The notes below the pieces were generated by a model. That model was given only the letters and a program-made list of their open reading frames with translations. It was not told the DNA's origin and did no database searches. Both the position numbers and the translations under genes were made by a program. From positions 62,001 through 126,000 of IMG/VR virus record IMGVR_UViG_3300017987_000001: a DNA stretch of 64,000 nt. One strand, given 5' to 3'. Positions 8,762-18,609 of this stretch are shown in pieces; position 1 is the stretch's first letter, and each line of letters starts with the position of its first letter.

Positions 8762-10396
8762 TCATTCTCCCGTCAGCTTCGCGCCATCGTAGCGCGCGTC
8801 GTAGATCGGGTGCTTCTCTTCTACCATGAGACCAAGATAGCCGTCATGCTCCTGCGCAGACAGCACGTTGCTCAACTGGAATGACGTGCTGGCATTGCCG
8901 ATACCGCCCGAACCGCCGCTCATCGCGAGGCGTACGCGGCGAACGAAGCCATAGATATATCGTGGCTCCTGTGAGTCGCTGAACTTGCCGCCGCCAACCA
9001 CGCCTACCGCGATCGTGGATCCGGGAGCTACGTCGAGGCGGAAGCGTCCCGTGATACCGCCAATGCGACTGCTGCACATCTCGTTCAGCAGTACGAGCTT
9101 TGCGTAGGAATCGCCCATCTTTCCCTTGAGAAACTGGTTGTAGATCTTCGCATAGTCTTCCTCGTCGGTGGGCGTGTACTGAAACGCATCAGGATTCGCC
9201 GCATCCGGAATCCCGAACTTGTCCTTGCCAAGCGCTACCTTTGCGAGCAGACCTATCGACGGCTCGGTTGCCAGCCAGTCCGGCGCATTCACGCAAATTG
9301 CAATACCTTCATACGGCAAATCACTGATGTCGTCAGCCGATGCTTGTCCGATGACTGCGCTATATCGTGGCGCTGATGCATAAGGTGATACATGCCCGAG
9401 ATTGTTTGCGAGTACGACAACCTTCGTAACGAGGTTCGGCGTGTAGAACGAGATGTTGACATCGTGGTACTCGTCCGGCTCGACGATAATGTACGCGTCA
9501 CCACCAAGCGCACTGAAGGCGGGCGCACATGTTGCTGTATCGATGAGCGGAACGATGTGGAACGCGTATGACCGTGCAGCCGAAACAAGGGCGTGCCACA
9601 ACGTCGATGCGCGCCAATTGTAAAACAGTCGCTTAGCCAACGTCGTTGTCAGCCATTCACCGACAATCTTCCTCGGAAGATCTTCGATGATGTTCTTCAT
9701 AGAAAGCGTCAGCTCAGCTTTACCGAACTGCTCGGAATCATCCATACGCCCAAGCGCGTCAAGCGCTGACTCGTTCTCGACAGCCCCCCACACTTCCTTC
9801 GTGCTTGCAATCGCCGTGAAGAGGGGTTTGATGTAGCGAAGCCAGAGGTCGTCTACCGAGTTCTCCGGGTTGCCCGACACCGCAGCACTGAGATTGAAGA
9901 GCGCCGTCGGATTCGGATTCTCTTCATCCATGCCGACAGTGGCCGCTTCGAAGAAGCCGCCCGGCCCCTTAACCGCCGTGCGCGTTGTTCGCGTACTGGT
10001 ACCAACCAGACCAACAAGCCAGCCTGCCGCCGTAGCCCCGATTGCGACACTCCCACCGCCAAGTTGCCGCTGGGAGGTGTATGTGACACCCTGATAGTAC
10101 CCATCGAAGATAAGCGTATCTTCATCGTACGGGAAACCGGGTTCGTCCTGTGGGCTATCCTCTTCAGTCTCACCCTTTACGTAGATCTTGATTGGCGTGT
10201 AGGGCGCAGCATTAAGCAACGCATCCACCGATTCCGCCTCTTTGCCCGTACGCCCATCGCGGCCCACAACCGGGTTAAACCGCGCCGTCGGTATCTCATC
10301 AAGTGCGTACTCGATCTCGAAGTTCGAGATCTCGATGCGCGTACCGTCAAGATCCGCGTAGGCACTCCACTTGACGTGGTAGTAGTTCTCAGGCAT
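8762..10396 (-). CDS. Baseplate hub/tail protein (gpD/gp27-like, 544 aa)
   Basis: N-terminal ISNFEIEYALDEIPTA..LIFDGY and C-terminal RLDVAPGSTI..GFVRRV match hub architecture; synteny agrees. Confidence 0.6.
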   Translation of the reverse strand: MPENYYHVKWSAYADLDGTRIEISNFEIEYALDEIPTARFNPVVGRDGRTGKEAESVDALLNAAPYTPIKIYVKGETEEDSPQDEPGFPYDEDTLIFDGYYQGVTYTSQRQLGGGSVAIGATAAGWLVGLVGTSTRTTRTAVKGPGGFFEAATVGMDEENPNPTALFNLSAAVSGNPENSVDDLWLRYIKPLFTAIASTKEVWGAVENESALDALGRMDDSEQFGKAELTLSMKNIIEDLPRKIVGEWLTTTLAKRLFYNWRASTLWHALVSAARSYAFHIVPLIDTATCAPAFSALGGDAYIIVEPDEYHDVNISFYTPNLVTKVVVLANNLGHVSPYASAPRYSAVIGQASADDISDLPYEGIAICVNAPDWLATEPSIGLLAKVALGKDKFGIPDAANPDAFQYTPTDEEDYAKIYNQFLKGKMGDSYAKLVLLNEMCSSRIGGITGRFRLDVAPGSTIAVGVVGGGKFSDSQEPRYIYGFVRRVRLAMSGGSGGIGNASTSFQLSNVLSAQEHDGYLGLMVEEKHPIYDARYDGAKLTGE

Positions 10397-12251
10397 TCGT
10401 TCCCAGCCGATGCTCGTTGGTCAGGTGGATCAGCGCAAGCAGCACGCCGCTCAGCTTGTACGGCAGGTGTGGATGCTGCTCCCACAGTTCACGGAACAAG
10501 TCATACGGTGCGCGACGCGGGAAGAGTGTCTCGTACGCCTGCGCACCGATCTTCGAAATCGCAGCCGCCCGCGCGACCATGCTCATGTCTGTGGTCGGCG
10601 GGGCGATGTACTCGATCGTCCACGCGGTCTCGCCGAGCGACGTATCCACTCGTGCCTTGTAGTTGTTGTACGGAACGAGCGGAACGTAGCTCGTGATGCC
10701 GTCGACCACGTCAACGTTGAATGACTCCTGATGCGGTGTCGTCAGGCACTTCACGGTGATCGTTGCGCCAGCGAGTTCGACATCCCACGTCGCGCGGAGC
10801 CGCCCGTCAGCGCCGCCAAGCCCCGGGTCACCCGTGAACTCAAGTCCAGCCGCAGGCTGCACGAGTGGACCGTAGCCGTACCCGACAAGCGAGCGATCGC
10901 CGAGATACGTGATGCGACTATCGAGATCGGTGATGTACTCACCGTACTCCGTGGAGTGCAGCAGCCGCATGTACTGCCACACGCTGTAGTTCATCCCCGC
11001 CGTGTCTGGGGTGGTTCCGAACAGGGCACGGCGTACCGTAAGCAGCCCGCTCGGCAGATCTACCGGCCGGTAGTACGGAGGTACGTACTCTTCGCCGTAG
11101 AAGTCAGCGCCCGGACGATCAGCACCAGAAGCGTTCAGCAGGAGCGTGCGCCCGAGGTTCGGCGTCTTCCCCGAGACGGTCGGCTGAACCGTGACGCTCG
11201 GGGTGATTGGCGTATCGGACGAGGACGATGACGGCGTCGGTCCCGGGCCGGGACCGGGGCCAGTCGTTCCGTACTCGTCGGCACCGACGCTGTACAGCGC
11301 ATCGCTGCCCGGTCGATCATTGCCACGAATGCCCTTCGTGTTGGACGGAATCTGAACGGCGGAGCCGCTGCCTTCGAGTACGCCGCCCGATGCAACCATG
11401 AGGAAGTCAGGATCGCTGGAGACAAGCGACTTGAACTCGGCCGGAAGGATCGTCGTGAAGTTACTGCTTCCGCCACCGCCCCATATGCCGTTCCCGGCGC
11501 TGGCATCAGACGACGCGTTGTTGTACCCCGCGTACGGGTCCAGATTGAAGCCGGAGAAGTCACTGGTGAGACTCCCCACAGATACACAATTGCGCACGAT
11601 ACCCGCGCCGCCGAAGGCAAACCCATCTGCGACATTCCAAATACCGTAGTTGGCGCAGTAGTATGCCGTAAGGTTCTCGAAGCGTCCCGATCCCGAGCCG
11701 AAGTAGCCCGGAGCGATTCCGATCCCCACGTCGTTCCAGTGGTACGCCTTGAGGTTCCACGCATCGATGTCGCCGCCGAGCGACTGCAGGCTGATACCGA
11801 TAACACCAAACAACTCGACGTCGAGGAGACTACCAATTGCGATGAGATCGTGCGCTACAATATCCACAGATCCCGAATAGTTGATGAGCTGAAACGCCGT
11901 CTCAGCATCCGTCAAGCCCGTCTCGTCGACCTGTAGATTCTTCACTTCGAACGTACCGGTACCGTTCACTTCCATGCGAACGATAGGCGTACCGGGGTTG
12001 GCAAGCACCTGAATGAGATTGCCCACACCGGCAACCCCGTAGTGTGGCGTATCGGAATCGAATGTGAGCGCGTAGCCGTTGAGATCGATGCCCGCAGCAC
12101 CACCCGCGTAGGGCGTGCCCGGCTCACTCGTATTTCCCGTCTGCATGACATAGAGGTTGCCGGTAAGATCGTCGAGGTCAGCAATCAACGCCGACCACGT
12201 CGTGAACGTCTTGCCGGGTCCAACCTCTACGTAACCTGACGTAGTAGCCAT
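10389..12251 (-). CDS. Baseplate-associated protein with N-terminal beta-helix domain, Pro/Ser linker and C-terminal anchor domain (620 aa)
   Basis: Pectin-lyase-like repeats ending in YSVGADEY, then a GPGPGPTPSSSSS linker and a distinct C-terminal domain. Confidence 0.55.
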   Translation of the reverse strand: MATTSGYVEVGPGKTFTTWSALIADLDDLTGNLYVMQTGNTSEPGTPYAGGAAGIDLNGYALTFDSDTPHYGVAGVGNLIQVLANPGTPIVRMEVNGTGTFEVKNLQVDETGLTDAETAFQLINYSGSVDIVAHDLIAIGSLLDVELFGVIGISLQSLGGDIDAWNLKAYHWNDVGIGIAPGYFGSGSGRFENLTAYYCANYGIWNVADGFAFGGAGIVRNCVSVGSLTSDFSGFNLDPYAGYNNASSDASAGNGIWGGGGSSNFTTILPAEFKSLVSSDPDFLMVASGGVLEGSGSAVQIPSNTKGIRGNDRPGSDALYSVGADEYGTTGPGPGPGPTPSSSSSDTPITPSVTVQPTVSGKTPNLGRTLLLNASGADRPGADFYGEEYVPPYYRPVDLPSGLLTVRRALFGTTPDTAGMNYSVWQYMRLLHSTEYGEYITDLDSRITYLGDRSLVGYGYGPLVQPAAGLEFTGDPGLGGADGRLRATWDVELAGATITVKCLTTPHQESFNVDVVDGITSYVPLVPYNNYKARVDTSLGETAWTIEYIAPPTTDMSMVARAAAISKIGAQAYETLFPRRAPYDLFRELWEQHPHLPYKLSGVLLALIHLTNEHRLGTNA

Positions 12252-12252
12252 A

Positions 12253-12897
12253 CTACTTCACCCACGCATCCTTTTTGGGCTTGCCCCAGCCAGCTGCCGG
12301 GCGCTTCTTCTTGGGAGTGCCCTTCAAGTGCTCGCGCCAATCCCCCGAGTGATAGTGCGTTGCGATTGCTCCGCTCTCGCGCTTCGCCGACTCCAAGAAT
12401 GCGTAGTGGAACCGGCACACGTTCGGGAACTTGCGCGTGACACGCTCCAGCGCGCAGCGAATCGAAGCTGGACGCGAGAGGAGAAGCTCTTTGCTGCGAC
12501 TGATCTCGTGAACCATTTCAGCAAGCCACGGGTGTCCGGGAGGGGCGCCGAAGCTCGAACTGGCGAGCATGTCGCGCGTGCGCTTCGATATGAACGCATC
12601 ATCCTCGCCCATGAACATCAGCAGGTTATCGATCGGCTGAAGGCATTCGATATCGCAGTCAAGGTAGATGCCGCCAAGCTGGTAGATGATCTCGAAGCGC
12701 GCAACGTCGGAAATCAGCACGGGATCATTGGTATCCATCACCCACGAGTTCAGAAGGTTCGGGAGATCTTCAGCCGACCAGAGCTTCACCCGCCACTCCG
12801 GGTTCTTCGTCACCCACGACTGAACGCAACGATGCTGTATGGCAGGCAGCTCGTTGTAGCCTTGCATCCAGATGAAGTGAACGATCTTCGGGATCAT
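12253..12897 (-). CDS. Glycosyltransferase family 32 (DXD sugar-binding, OCH1-like; 214 aa)
   Basis: MIPKIVHFIW start, SDVARFEIIYQLGGIYLDCD, FGAPPGHP, and a C-terminal HYHSGDW. Confidence 0.92.
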   Translation of the reverse strand: MIPKIVHFIWMQGYNELPAIQHRCVQSWVTKNPEWRVKLWSAEDLPNLLNSWVMDTNDPVLISDVARFEIIYQLGGIYLDCDIECLQPIDNLLMFMGEDDAFISKRTRDMLASSSFGAPPGHPWLAEMVHEISRSKELLLSRPASIRCALERVTRKFPNVCRFHYAFLESAKRESGAIATHYHSGDWREHLKGTPKKKRPAAGWGKPKKDAWVK

Positions 12898-12899
12898 CG

Positions 12900-13355
12900 C
12901 TATTCCTTCGGCAACGTACGAATGTCCATTGAGAAGTTCGCAAGCATAAGTCGCGCGTCCACCGGCTGAACGATAAGCCGCGTCAGGAAGCCCTCGGAAC
13001 TCTCGGAGCCGTACGTTGCGGTAACGACCTCTTTCCGTTGCGACGCTCTGTTCGCGTTGTAGTACGCGAACACTTCTTCGATGCCGTTCTGCCCCGGGTT
13101 GTTACATAGCCCGGCAAACAGTTGCCCGCGCACCGATACGTTCCCCATGAGATCGCCGAAGACGTACACGTAGACCGGGCCGCCCAGTGACGGCTGGAAC
13201 TGTACGTTCACCTGCTGACCCCACGAGACACTGTTGATCAGTCCCGCCATGAGATCGAAGGTCGGGCTGAATCGGATCTTCGCCGGAACGCCTCCGCCTC
13301 GGCAGATCTGCAGAGACGTGACGAGTCCTCTACGACATGTGAGAATCTCAGCCAT
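12900..13355 (-). CDS. Tail tube initiator-like protein (151 aa)
   Basis: Tube-fold sized beta protein (QFQPSLGGPVYVYVFGD..VSVRG) directly after the tape-measure position. Confidence 0.55.
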   Translation of the reverse strand: MAEILTCRRGLVTSLQICRGGGVPAKIRFSPTFDLMAGLINSVSWGQQVNVQFQPSLGGPVYVYVFGDLMGNVSVRGQLFAGLCNNPGQNGIEEVFAYYNANRASQRKEVVTATYGSESSEGFLTRLIVQPVDARLMLANFSMDIRTLPKE

Positions 13356-14577
13356 TCATCTCACCTTCGATGCGTACGACACGGGCGTTCAGCTGTGCAA
13401 GTGCTTCGCTGTTGTCCGCGCCGCCCTGCGACATGCCTTCCAGCCGCAGCGTCCCTTCGATCGTCATGTTGCCGCCACCGCCCTGCCCGCCAGCAGTTCC
13501 ACCGCCGCCGGTCGCGGCTGCTGCCATCTGCGCCGGGCGCTGCGCGCTAGTGGGCGCGGCTGCCGCTGCCGGGTTATCTGAGGCGGGTGTGGAACGCCTT
13601 AGTTCAGCGGCAGCCGCATTCCTTTGGACAGCTCCCGCATTCGGCGGAAGCTCCGACCCCGATGACTCCTTCGATCCCGCCCGATGCACCACCGACACAT
13701 CGCTGGCAGTTACGTTCGTCTTGGTCTCATCGCCCTCAATGATCATGGGGCTGCCTGCGGGGGCCGCGCCCTGCGTCTCAAAGCGCGGGATCGCGCGGGA
13801 GAGCTTGCGCGCCTCCGGCTCCTTGAGTGTTCTCTTCGTCGGCTTGGGCGCATCCTTGGTCTCCGGCGTGCGCATCTTCTGTGCCACGAAGTCTGGAACG
13901 GACTGGCGAGAAGTGGAATTCTGTGGAATCTGAGGAGCGGTGCTCTTCGGCGGCTCGCGGCGCTCGATACTCGCCGAGCTTCGGTCTACCGTACGGCTGC
14001 GCGGCTCGCGCTGTACGGGAGTAGGCGACTTGCCTTCCTTCTTCTTGATCTCAGCGATCTTCTCCGCCGCCCGCTTACGCGTCTCCGGATTCACGAACGG
14101 CAGCCGTCCCGCCTCCTTGGCCTTTGCCGTCTTGATCAGCGAGGAGGTCTTGTCGGTAGGTGACGTAGGACGTGCGACAGCCTGTGTCTGGGGTGTGGAC
14201 GTCGGACGTTTCGTGTCCGGGGTCGCTGCGCGCTGCTGCCGCGACGGGGTCTTGGATTGTTGGACGCGTTCAACTATTCGCTCGGTCCGCTGAACCTCAC
14301 GGTCGACCCGATCGCCTGCGCGCTGCACACTCTGAGCAACAGGCTTGCTCGTTTCGCGCGTCCGCGACAGCTTGTCGATCGCGGCATTGAGTGAGGTAAG
14401 TCCGTTCTTGAAGTCGCGAGAGAAGCGGCGAAGGTTGGAGTCTTCACGCTGCTCTGGCCGACGCGCTTGGTGTTTCGGTGGCGCGGGCGGCTTGATGTCG
14501 TCGAGCGACGGTCGCTTCTTCTTAGCGCCGGACGCGTCGTCGTTTCGCCTTCTTCGTTCTCCGAGGAAGTCCGGCAT
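13348..14577 (-). CDS. Low-complexity basic protein in the tape-measure position (409 aa)
   Basis: Follows the frameshifted chaperone pair; short N-terminal helix, long Pro/Arg/Ser-rich disordered middle, C-terminal MTIEGTLRL strand. Confidence 0.5.
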   Translation of the reverse strand: MPDFLGERRRRNDDASGAKKKRPSLDDIKPPAPPKHQARRPEQREDSNLRRFSRDFKNGLTSLNAAIDKLSRTRETSKPVAQSVQRAGDRVDREVQRTERIVERVQQSKTPSRQQRAATPDTKRPTSTPQTQAVARPTSPTDKTSSLIKTAKAKEAGRLPFVNPETRKRAAEKIAEIKKKEGKSPTPVQREPRSRTVDRSSASIERREPPKSTAPQIPQNSTSRQSVPDFVAQKMRTPETKDAPKPTKRTLKEPEARKLSRAIPRFETQGAAPAGSPMIIEGDETKTNVTASDVSVVHRAGSKESSGSELPPNAGAVQRNAAAAELRRSTPASDNPAAAAAPTSAQRPAQMAAAATGGGGTAGGQGGGGNMTIEGTLRLEGMSQGGADNSEALAQLNARVVRIEGEMNG

Positions 14578-15070
14578 GACGACTCCTTCTCTTGCTCTTC
14601 TGCTTCATCGTGTGCGCATGCTCTGTGGCTTGCTTGCGCAGTTCCATCTCCATCTTCACTGCGTCTTCGATCCGCTTCGCTTCGGCATCCAGCTCCGCCT
14701 GCATCTTCTGGAGCATCGCCATGTGCTGCGGATCCTTACGGCGTTCCTGCGCCTCGCGATACGCCTGCGCAGCCGTCTTCATCGGCGCCCATTGTAGCCA
14801 CGGCATTGCCAGTCGGCCACAGGTATTGAACTTCGTTTGTGCGCCTTCCGTCTCTTCGCGGAACGAGTCGCCCGTCGCCGAGCCTGCCAGAACGATGTGC
14901 TCCATGTAGAGCATCTCGTGCATCTTGACGAGCAGTTCGTTCTCGATGGTACGAAAAACTACCGCCTCCTTCACGTGCCATATGGGCGAGTTACTCGCCT
15001 TGCTGAAATCGATCGCTCCACTCAGGTGGCTTCGGATTGCGAGCTGGCACCACCGACTTGCCAAAAATCC
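14522..15070 (-). CDS. -1 frame extension of the tail assembly chaperone (GT-like product)
   Basis: Protein-like ORF with no good start of its own; entered by a -1 shift at G GAT TTT in the upstream gene. Confidence 0.7.
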   Translation of the reverse strand, partial: GFLASRWCQLAIRSHLSGAIDFSKASNSPIWHVKEAVVFRTIENELLVKMHEMLYMEHIVLAGSATGDSFREETEGAQTKFNTCGRLAMPWLQWAPMKTAAQAYREAQERRKDPQHMAMLQKMQAELDAEAKRIEDAVKMEMELRKQATEHAHTMKQKSKRRSRHAGLPRRTKKAKRRRVRR

Positions 15071-15816
15071 GAGTCCATTGCCCGTTCCAGCATGACGTCC
15101 AGATGCAGTCGGAAGACGCGCGTCGCGCGAAGCAGCGCCCGGTACACGACTGAGTTCTTGATGCCTTCGTCGATGCGCTCCTTGACCAGCTCGCGCAGAT
15201 TCGATCCTGTGGCCGCCTCCATAATCTGGTTGCCGGACCACATCACCTTCGCGATGTTGGAGACCATGCGATAACGATCCAGCATGATGTCCCAGTCATC
15301 CTGCGTCTCGATCTCACCCATCTTCTGATCGAGCGAAAGCTGCATGAAGATGCGATCATCGATGAGCGCGGGCCGGTCTGTCATTTCGACAATGAGCATT
15401 CCGCCGAAGAGCTGGTATTCCTTGGTATATAGCGTATCACCAAAGAGGCATCGCATGAACCGCTGCTTGTCCTCGTCGGTGGGCTGGGCAGCCGCCTGCA
15501 TCGCCAGCTCCTCCGGGTCAGGCTCGTCATCAACCTCGTCAGGTTGGCTCAGGACGGCCCTCAGAGCCTCCAGCTCGGCCGTAACGTCCGGCTGAATCTT
15601 CTGGGTCTCCTCGCTCTCGTCAGGCTCTCTGAGAGGCTCTGGTGGCGTCTCAGCTGCCTTCTCGGCTTCCAGCACGCGCGGGTCGAGCGGCGCAGGCTCG
15701 GAGACGAGCTTCTCCATATCCCCCAGCTGCTCGCGCTTCTCCGGCGAGAGATCCTTGAAGTTCTTCACCGGTCCCAACTCTGGCCCTCTCGGGGGCTGAT
15801 CGAAATTCTGTCCCAT
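15022..15816 (-). CDS. Tail assembly chaperone (G-like, 264 aa)
   Basis: Acidic helical protein with GAGGAGG RBS; slippery site near the 3' end; lies between the spike and tape-measure positions. Confidence 0.65.
   Translation of the reverse strand: MGQNFDQPPRGPELGPVKNFKDLSPEKREQLGDMEKLVSEPAPLDPRVLEAEKAAETPPEPLREPDESEETQKIQPDVTAELEALRAVLSQPDEVDDEPDPEELAMQAAAQPTDEDKQRFMRCLFGDTLYTKEYQLFGGMLIVEMTDRPALIDDRIFMQLSLDQKMGEIETQDDWDIMLDRYRMVSNIAKVMWSGNQIMEAATGSNLRELVKERIDEGIKNSVVYRALLRATRVFRLHLDVMLERAMDSDFWQVGGASSQSEAT
15063..15070 (-). promoter_or_regulatory. Programmed -1 frameshift slippery site GGATTTTT
   Basis: Frame 0 TCG GAT TTT TGG; -1 frame GGA TTT TTG GCA stays open for about 180 codons. 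Confidence 0.7.
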
Positions 15817-15829
15817 GCTTCCTCCTCGA

Positions 15830-18505
15830 TTAGGAAGTCTGAATGTTGATAACGTACTCGTCCTTCAGCTTCTTGTCTTCCAGCGTCGGCGCTTCCTGCT
15901 CCTGCTTGTCGCGGTCCTTCGCCTGCCCCGTCGTGAAGTCGACGTTCTTGCTTGCCGAAGGATCTGCGTACTTGTAGAGGCTTTCCGTCTCCCAGCCCTC
16001 CTGCCCGGGGTGCGGGCGCGTCTTCGTGCTGCTCTCGGCTGCGTTGACCTCAGGCTCTTCCCACTTCTCCGTGTTCACGCTGAATGCTCGATACATCTGC
16101 TGCCATCGCGCTTCGATGACACGGAAGTCGTCGTCGATCTTGTACTGATCCTTGTTGCGGAAGCTGAAGCCAACCGCCTTATGCACGTCGGCATTGCCCT
16201 GACCGGAAGTGGAATCGTCGAGTGTGACATTGTCGAACTCGGCATAGAGCGTGCGCTTCGTCGTATTCGCCTCGGCATCGACGAAGCTGCCGCGCGGCGA
16301 GACGCCCGGACCTGAGCCACCGCCCGTACCGTTGTGGATGCTCGTGCTCGACATACCATTGGCGGACATGGCGCCTTGACAACTCATCGAGCCATCGGCC
16401 ATCACGTTGCCCTTGGTATGCACGCCGAACTGCGTCTCCAGCAAGCCACCGCCCTTGGAGCCATTCCAGACACCGACGGCTCCATTGATATCGAAGACGC
16501 TGACGACCATGATCGCCGATGAGGTATCCATCGCAAACTGGGATGGGGTTGCCGTACTGCTTCGATCGTTGCCGACAAGCACGCCGTAGCGTTCGGTCGC
16601 CTCGTTGCCGATCTGCTTACCGGCAATCGTGGTGCGCCCGAGTCCGGAACTGATCTCGACGATGCCGTCGGCTTCCTTCGATGCGCCCGCGAAGACACGC
16701 CAATCGCTCCAGATATCGATCGCGGCATCCTTGCACTTCAGGATGATGCCCTTCGACTCGATATCCGTACCCTGCTTGCCGTCCCACTCGGATGCTGCCG
16801 GGTCCGCCTTCGAGCGGCACTCCAGCAGGATGTTGCCCTTGTCACCATCGCCCGCATAGACGTGAACGTTGTTCTCGCCCTTGATACGTACGTCCTTCTT
16901 CGACGCGGTGATCTCGTTGCACCAGCCAGCGCGACTGATAATATCGCGCGGCGCCCACGTGATCGCGCTGCGGCCCGGGCGCGTGAACACGTCACCCTGA
17001 CAGGTGATTTCGATATTGCCACCACTCATGACAATCTGCGAGCCGTAGCCGTCTTCGAGAACGATCGAGCCGTCGTCGAGCATGTGGAAACTGGAGCGCG
17101 TCTTGTAGTAGCGAACGGCGTGACCTTCACGCTTATCGATCGTGACGTCGGCGTACTTCGGGAGCTTCTTGAAGGGCTTGAAGTCCATCTTCGGCTTGTA
17201 CAGCGCTTCGTCGATGACATTGTCTTCATCCGACGCGCTGAACTTGATAGCAGACGCTTCAGCGGTCTGCCAGTCCTCCTTGTGTGCATCGGCCGCCTGC
17301 AACCCGAACTTGCCGAAGAGGTACTCTTCCTGATCCCACAGCTCGTTGTTCCGAGTCATGGGATTCTCGGTATCGGACCACTCGTACGGCTTCTTCTCCT
17401 GTGGATCACCGCCCGACCCATAGAAGTTCGCAGCCTTGTAGTTCGGCTCGGGGTCAGCGGCGTGATCGCCCTTCGGGTCGTCCGGGTCGCGCTTCTGCCA
17501 CGGGACCGGAAGCATGAGCGACTTCTCTAGAATGATCTGCTTGGCAGAGCGAACGGCGTACGTACCGTCGAGCATCTTATGGATTTCGAGCAACCCACGG
17601 AAGTCCTGCGGATCATCCTGCTTCGCTACTCCTTCAGCCTCTGGCGGCGTGATTACGATCTGCTCACGCGACACGTCTCCGAGATACCCGCGCAGGTGCT
17701 GACTCCGGAAGACCATGACCTGCTTCTTCTCTTTCGGCTCGTAGTACGCCTTCTCCGAGCCGCGCGTGAGTCCGCCGTCATCTCCTTCGTTCTTCTCGAA
17801 GATTTCTTCGCCCGTGGCATATGAGCCCATCGACTCCCACATGAAGGGGGTGCCGCGTAGGATCTCGCTGTACTCGCCTTCATCATCGAAGGCAAAGCGC
17901 TCGGTCGCAGCGGTCCACTGCTGGGTATTCCATCCAAAGATGCGCAGCAGATCATCACCCCAGAACGCCTCGATCTTCGCCAGATCTGACGCGCGCATCG
18001 TTGTCATCAGCTTACCGAGGAAGAGCGCGACGCCGAGTTCGTTGATCTGCCCCCAGTCGCCGGGGAGTGTATCTGCTGGACGAGAGATACTCGCGTTGAC
18101 GAGCCGGTTATCCTCGTTCTCGTACGGCGTTTGGTGCGTCTTGTCCTCTGGAGCACCGGCACGCGAACGAAGCACCCACGAGTCAGGCACCTGATTACGT
18201 GGATCGTTTGCAAGCGGGGGAAGCGCCTTGATTATGAATCCGTAGGAGAAGCCTTCGGGAAAGAAGCCAAGCACTTCGTCGCCGGGAAGGATCTGCGTAG
18301 CTTCGGTCGCCCCGATCGGCGTACAACTACTGCTTGTCAGTAAAAGCGCCTGCCGCGTATCACCAAATGGCGTACGCACCTTGTACGCACCGGTATACGC
18401 GAAAGCATCGTGGACTGTGCAGATTACGAATGGGTCGACAGGGACAGAGCCACTCTCGGTAGCTGCGGATTTCTCTTCCGCAGTTTGCTTCTTCTTGTCT
18501 GTCAT
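15830..18505 (-). CDS. Central spike/hub protein, gp5/VgrG-like (891 aa)
   Basis: Start at ATG 18505 (GAGG RBS); N-terminal OB-fold-like ILPGDEVLG..GFII, later beta-helix repeats (DDGSIVLEDGYGSQIVMSGGNIEIT). Confidence 0.65.
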   Translation of the reverse strand: MTDKKKQTAEEKSAATESGSVPVDPFVICTVHDAFAYTGAYKVRTPFGDTRQALLLTSSSCTPIGATEATQILPGDEVLGFFPEGFSYGFIIKALPPLANDPRNQVPDSWVLRSRAGAPEDKTHQTPYENEDNRLVNASISRPADTLPGDWGQINELGVALFLGKLMTTMRASDLAKIEAFWGDDLLRIFGWNTQQWTAATERFAFDDEGEYSEILRGTPFMWESMGSYATGEEIFEKNEGDDGGLTRGSEKAYYEPKEKKQVMVFRSQHLRGYLGDVSREQIVITPPEAEGVAKQDDPQDFRGLLEIHKMLDGTYAVRSAKQIILEKSLMLPVPWQKRDPDDPKGDHAADPEPNYKAANFYGSGGDPQEKKPYEWSDTENPMTRNNELWDQEEYLFGKFGLQAADAHKEDWQTAEASAIKFSASDEDNVIDEALYKPKMDFKPFKKLPKYADVTIDKREGHAVRYYKTRSSFHMLDDGSIVLEDGYGSQIVMSGGNIEITCQGDVFTRPGRSAITWAPRDIISRAGWCNEITASKKDVRIKGENNVHVYAGDGDKGNILLECRSKADPAASEWDGKQGTDIESKGIILKCKDAAIDIWSDWRVFAGASKEADGIVEISSGLGRTTIAGKQIGNEATERYGVLVGNDRSSTATPSQFAMDTSSAIMVVSVFDINGAVGVWNGSKGGGLLETQFGVHTKGNVMADGSMSCQGAMSANGMSSTSIHNGTGGGSGPGVSPRGSFVDAEANTTKRTLYAEFDNVTLDDSTSGQGNADVHKAVGFSFRNKDQYKIDDDFRVIEARWQQMYRAFSVNTEKWEEPEVNAAESSTKTRPHPGQEGWETESLYKYADPSASKNVDFTTGQAKDRDKQEQEAPTLEDKKLKDEYVINIQTS

Positions 18506-18521
18506 CACAACCTCTACTATT

Positions 18522-18564
18522 GCTATTAACAAGCCCGCCCGGGTCGGTGACCGAGGCGGGCTTG
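18522..18564 (-). terminator. Probable intrinsic terminator after the tail tube gene
   Basis: CAAGCCCGCC...GGCGGGCTTG stem followed by TTAAT. Confidence 0.6.
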
Positions 18565-18609
18565 CCACGCACGAGTGCCATTCGTACGAATGCTCGTGTC
18601 AGATACGCC

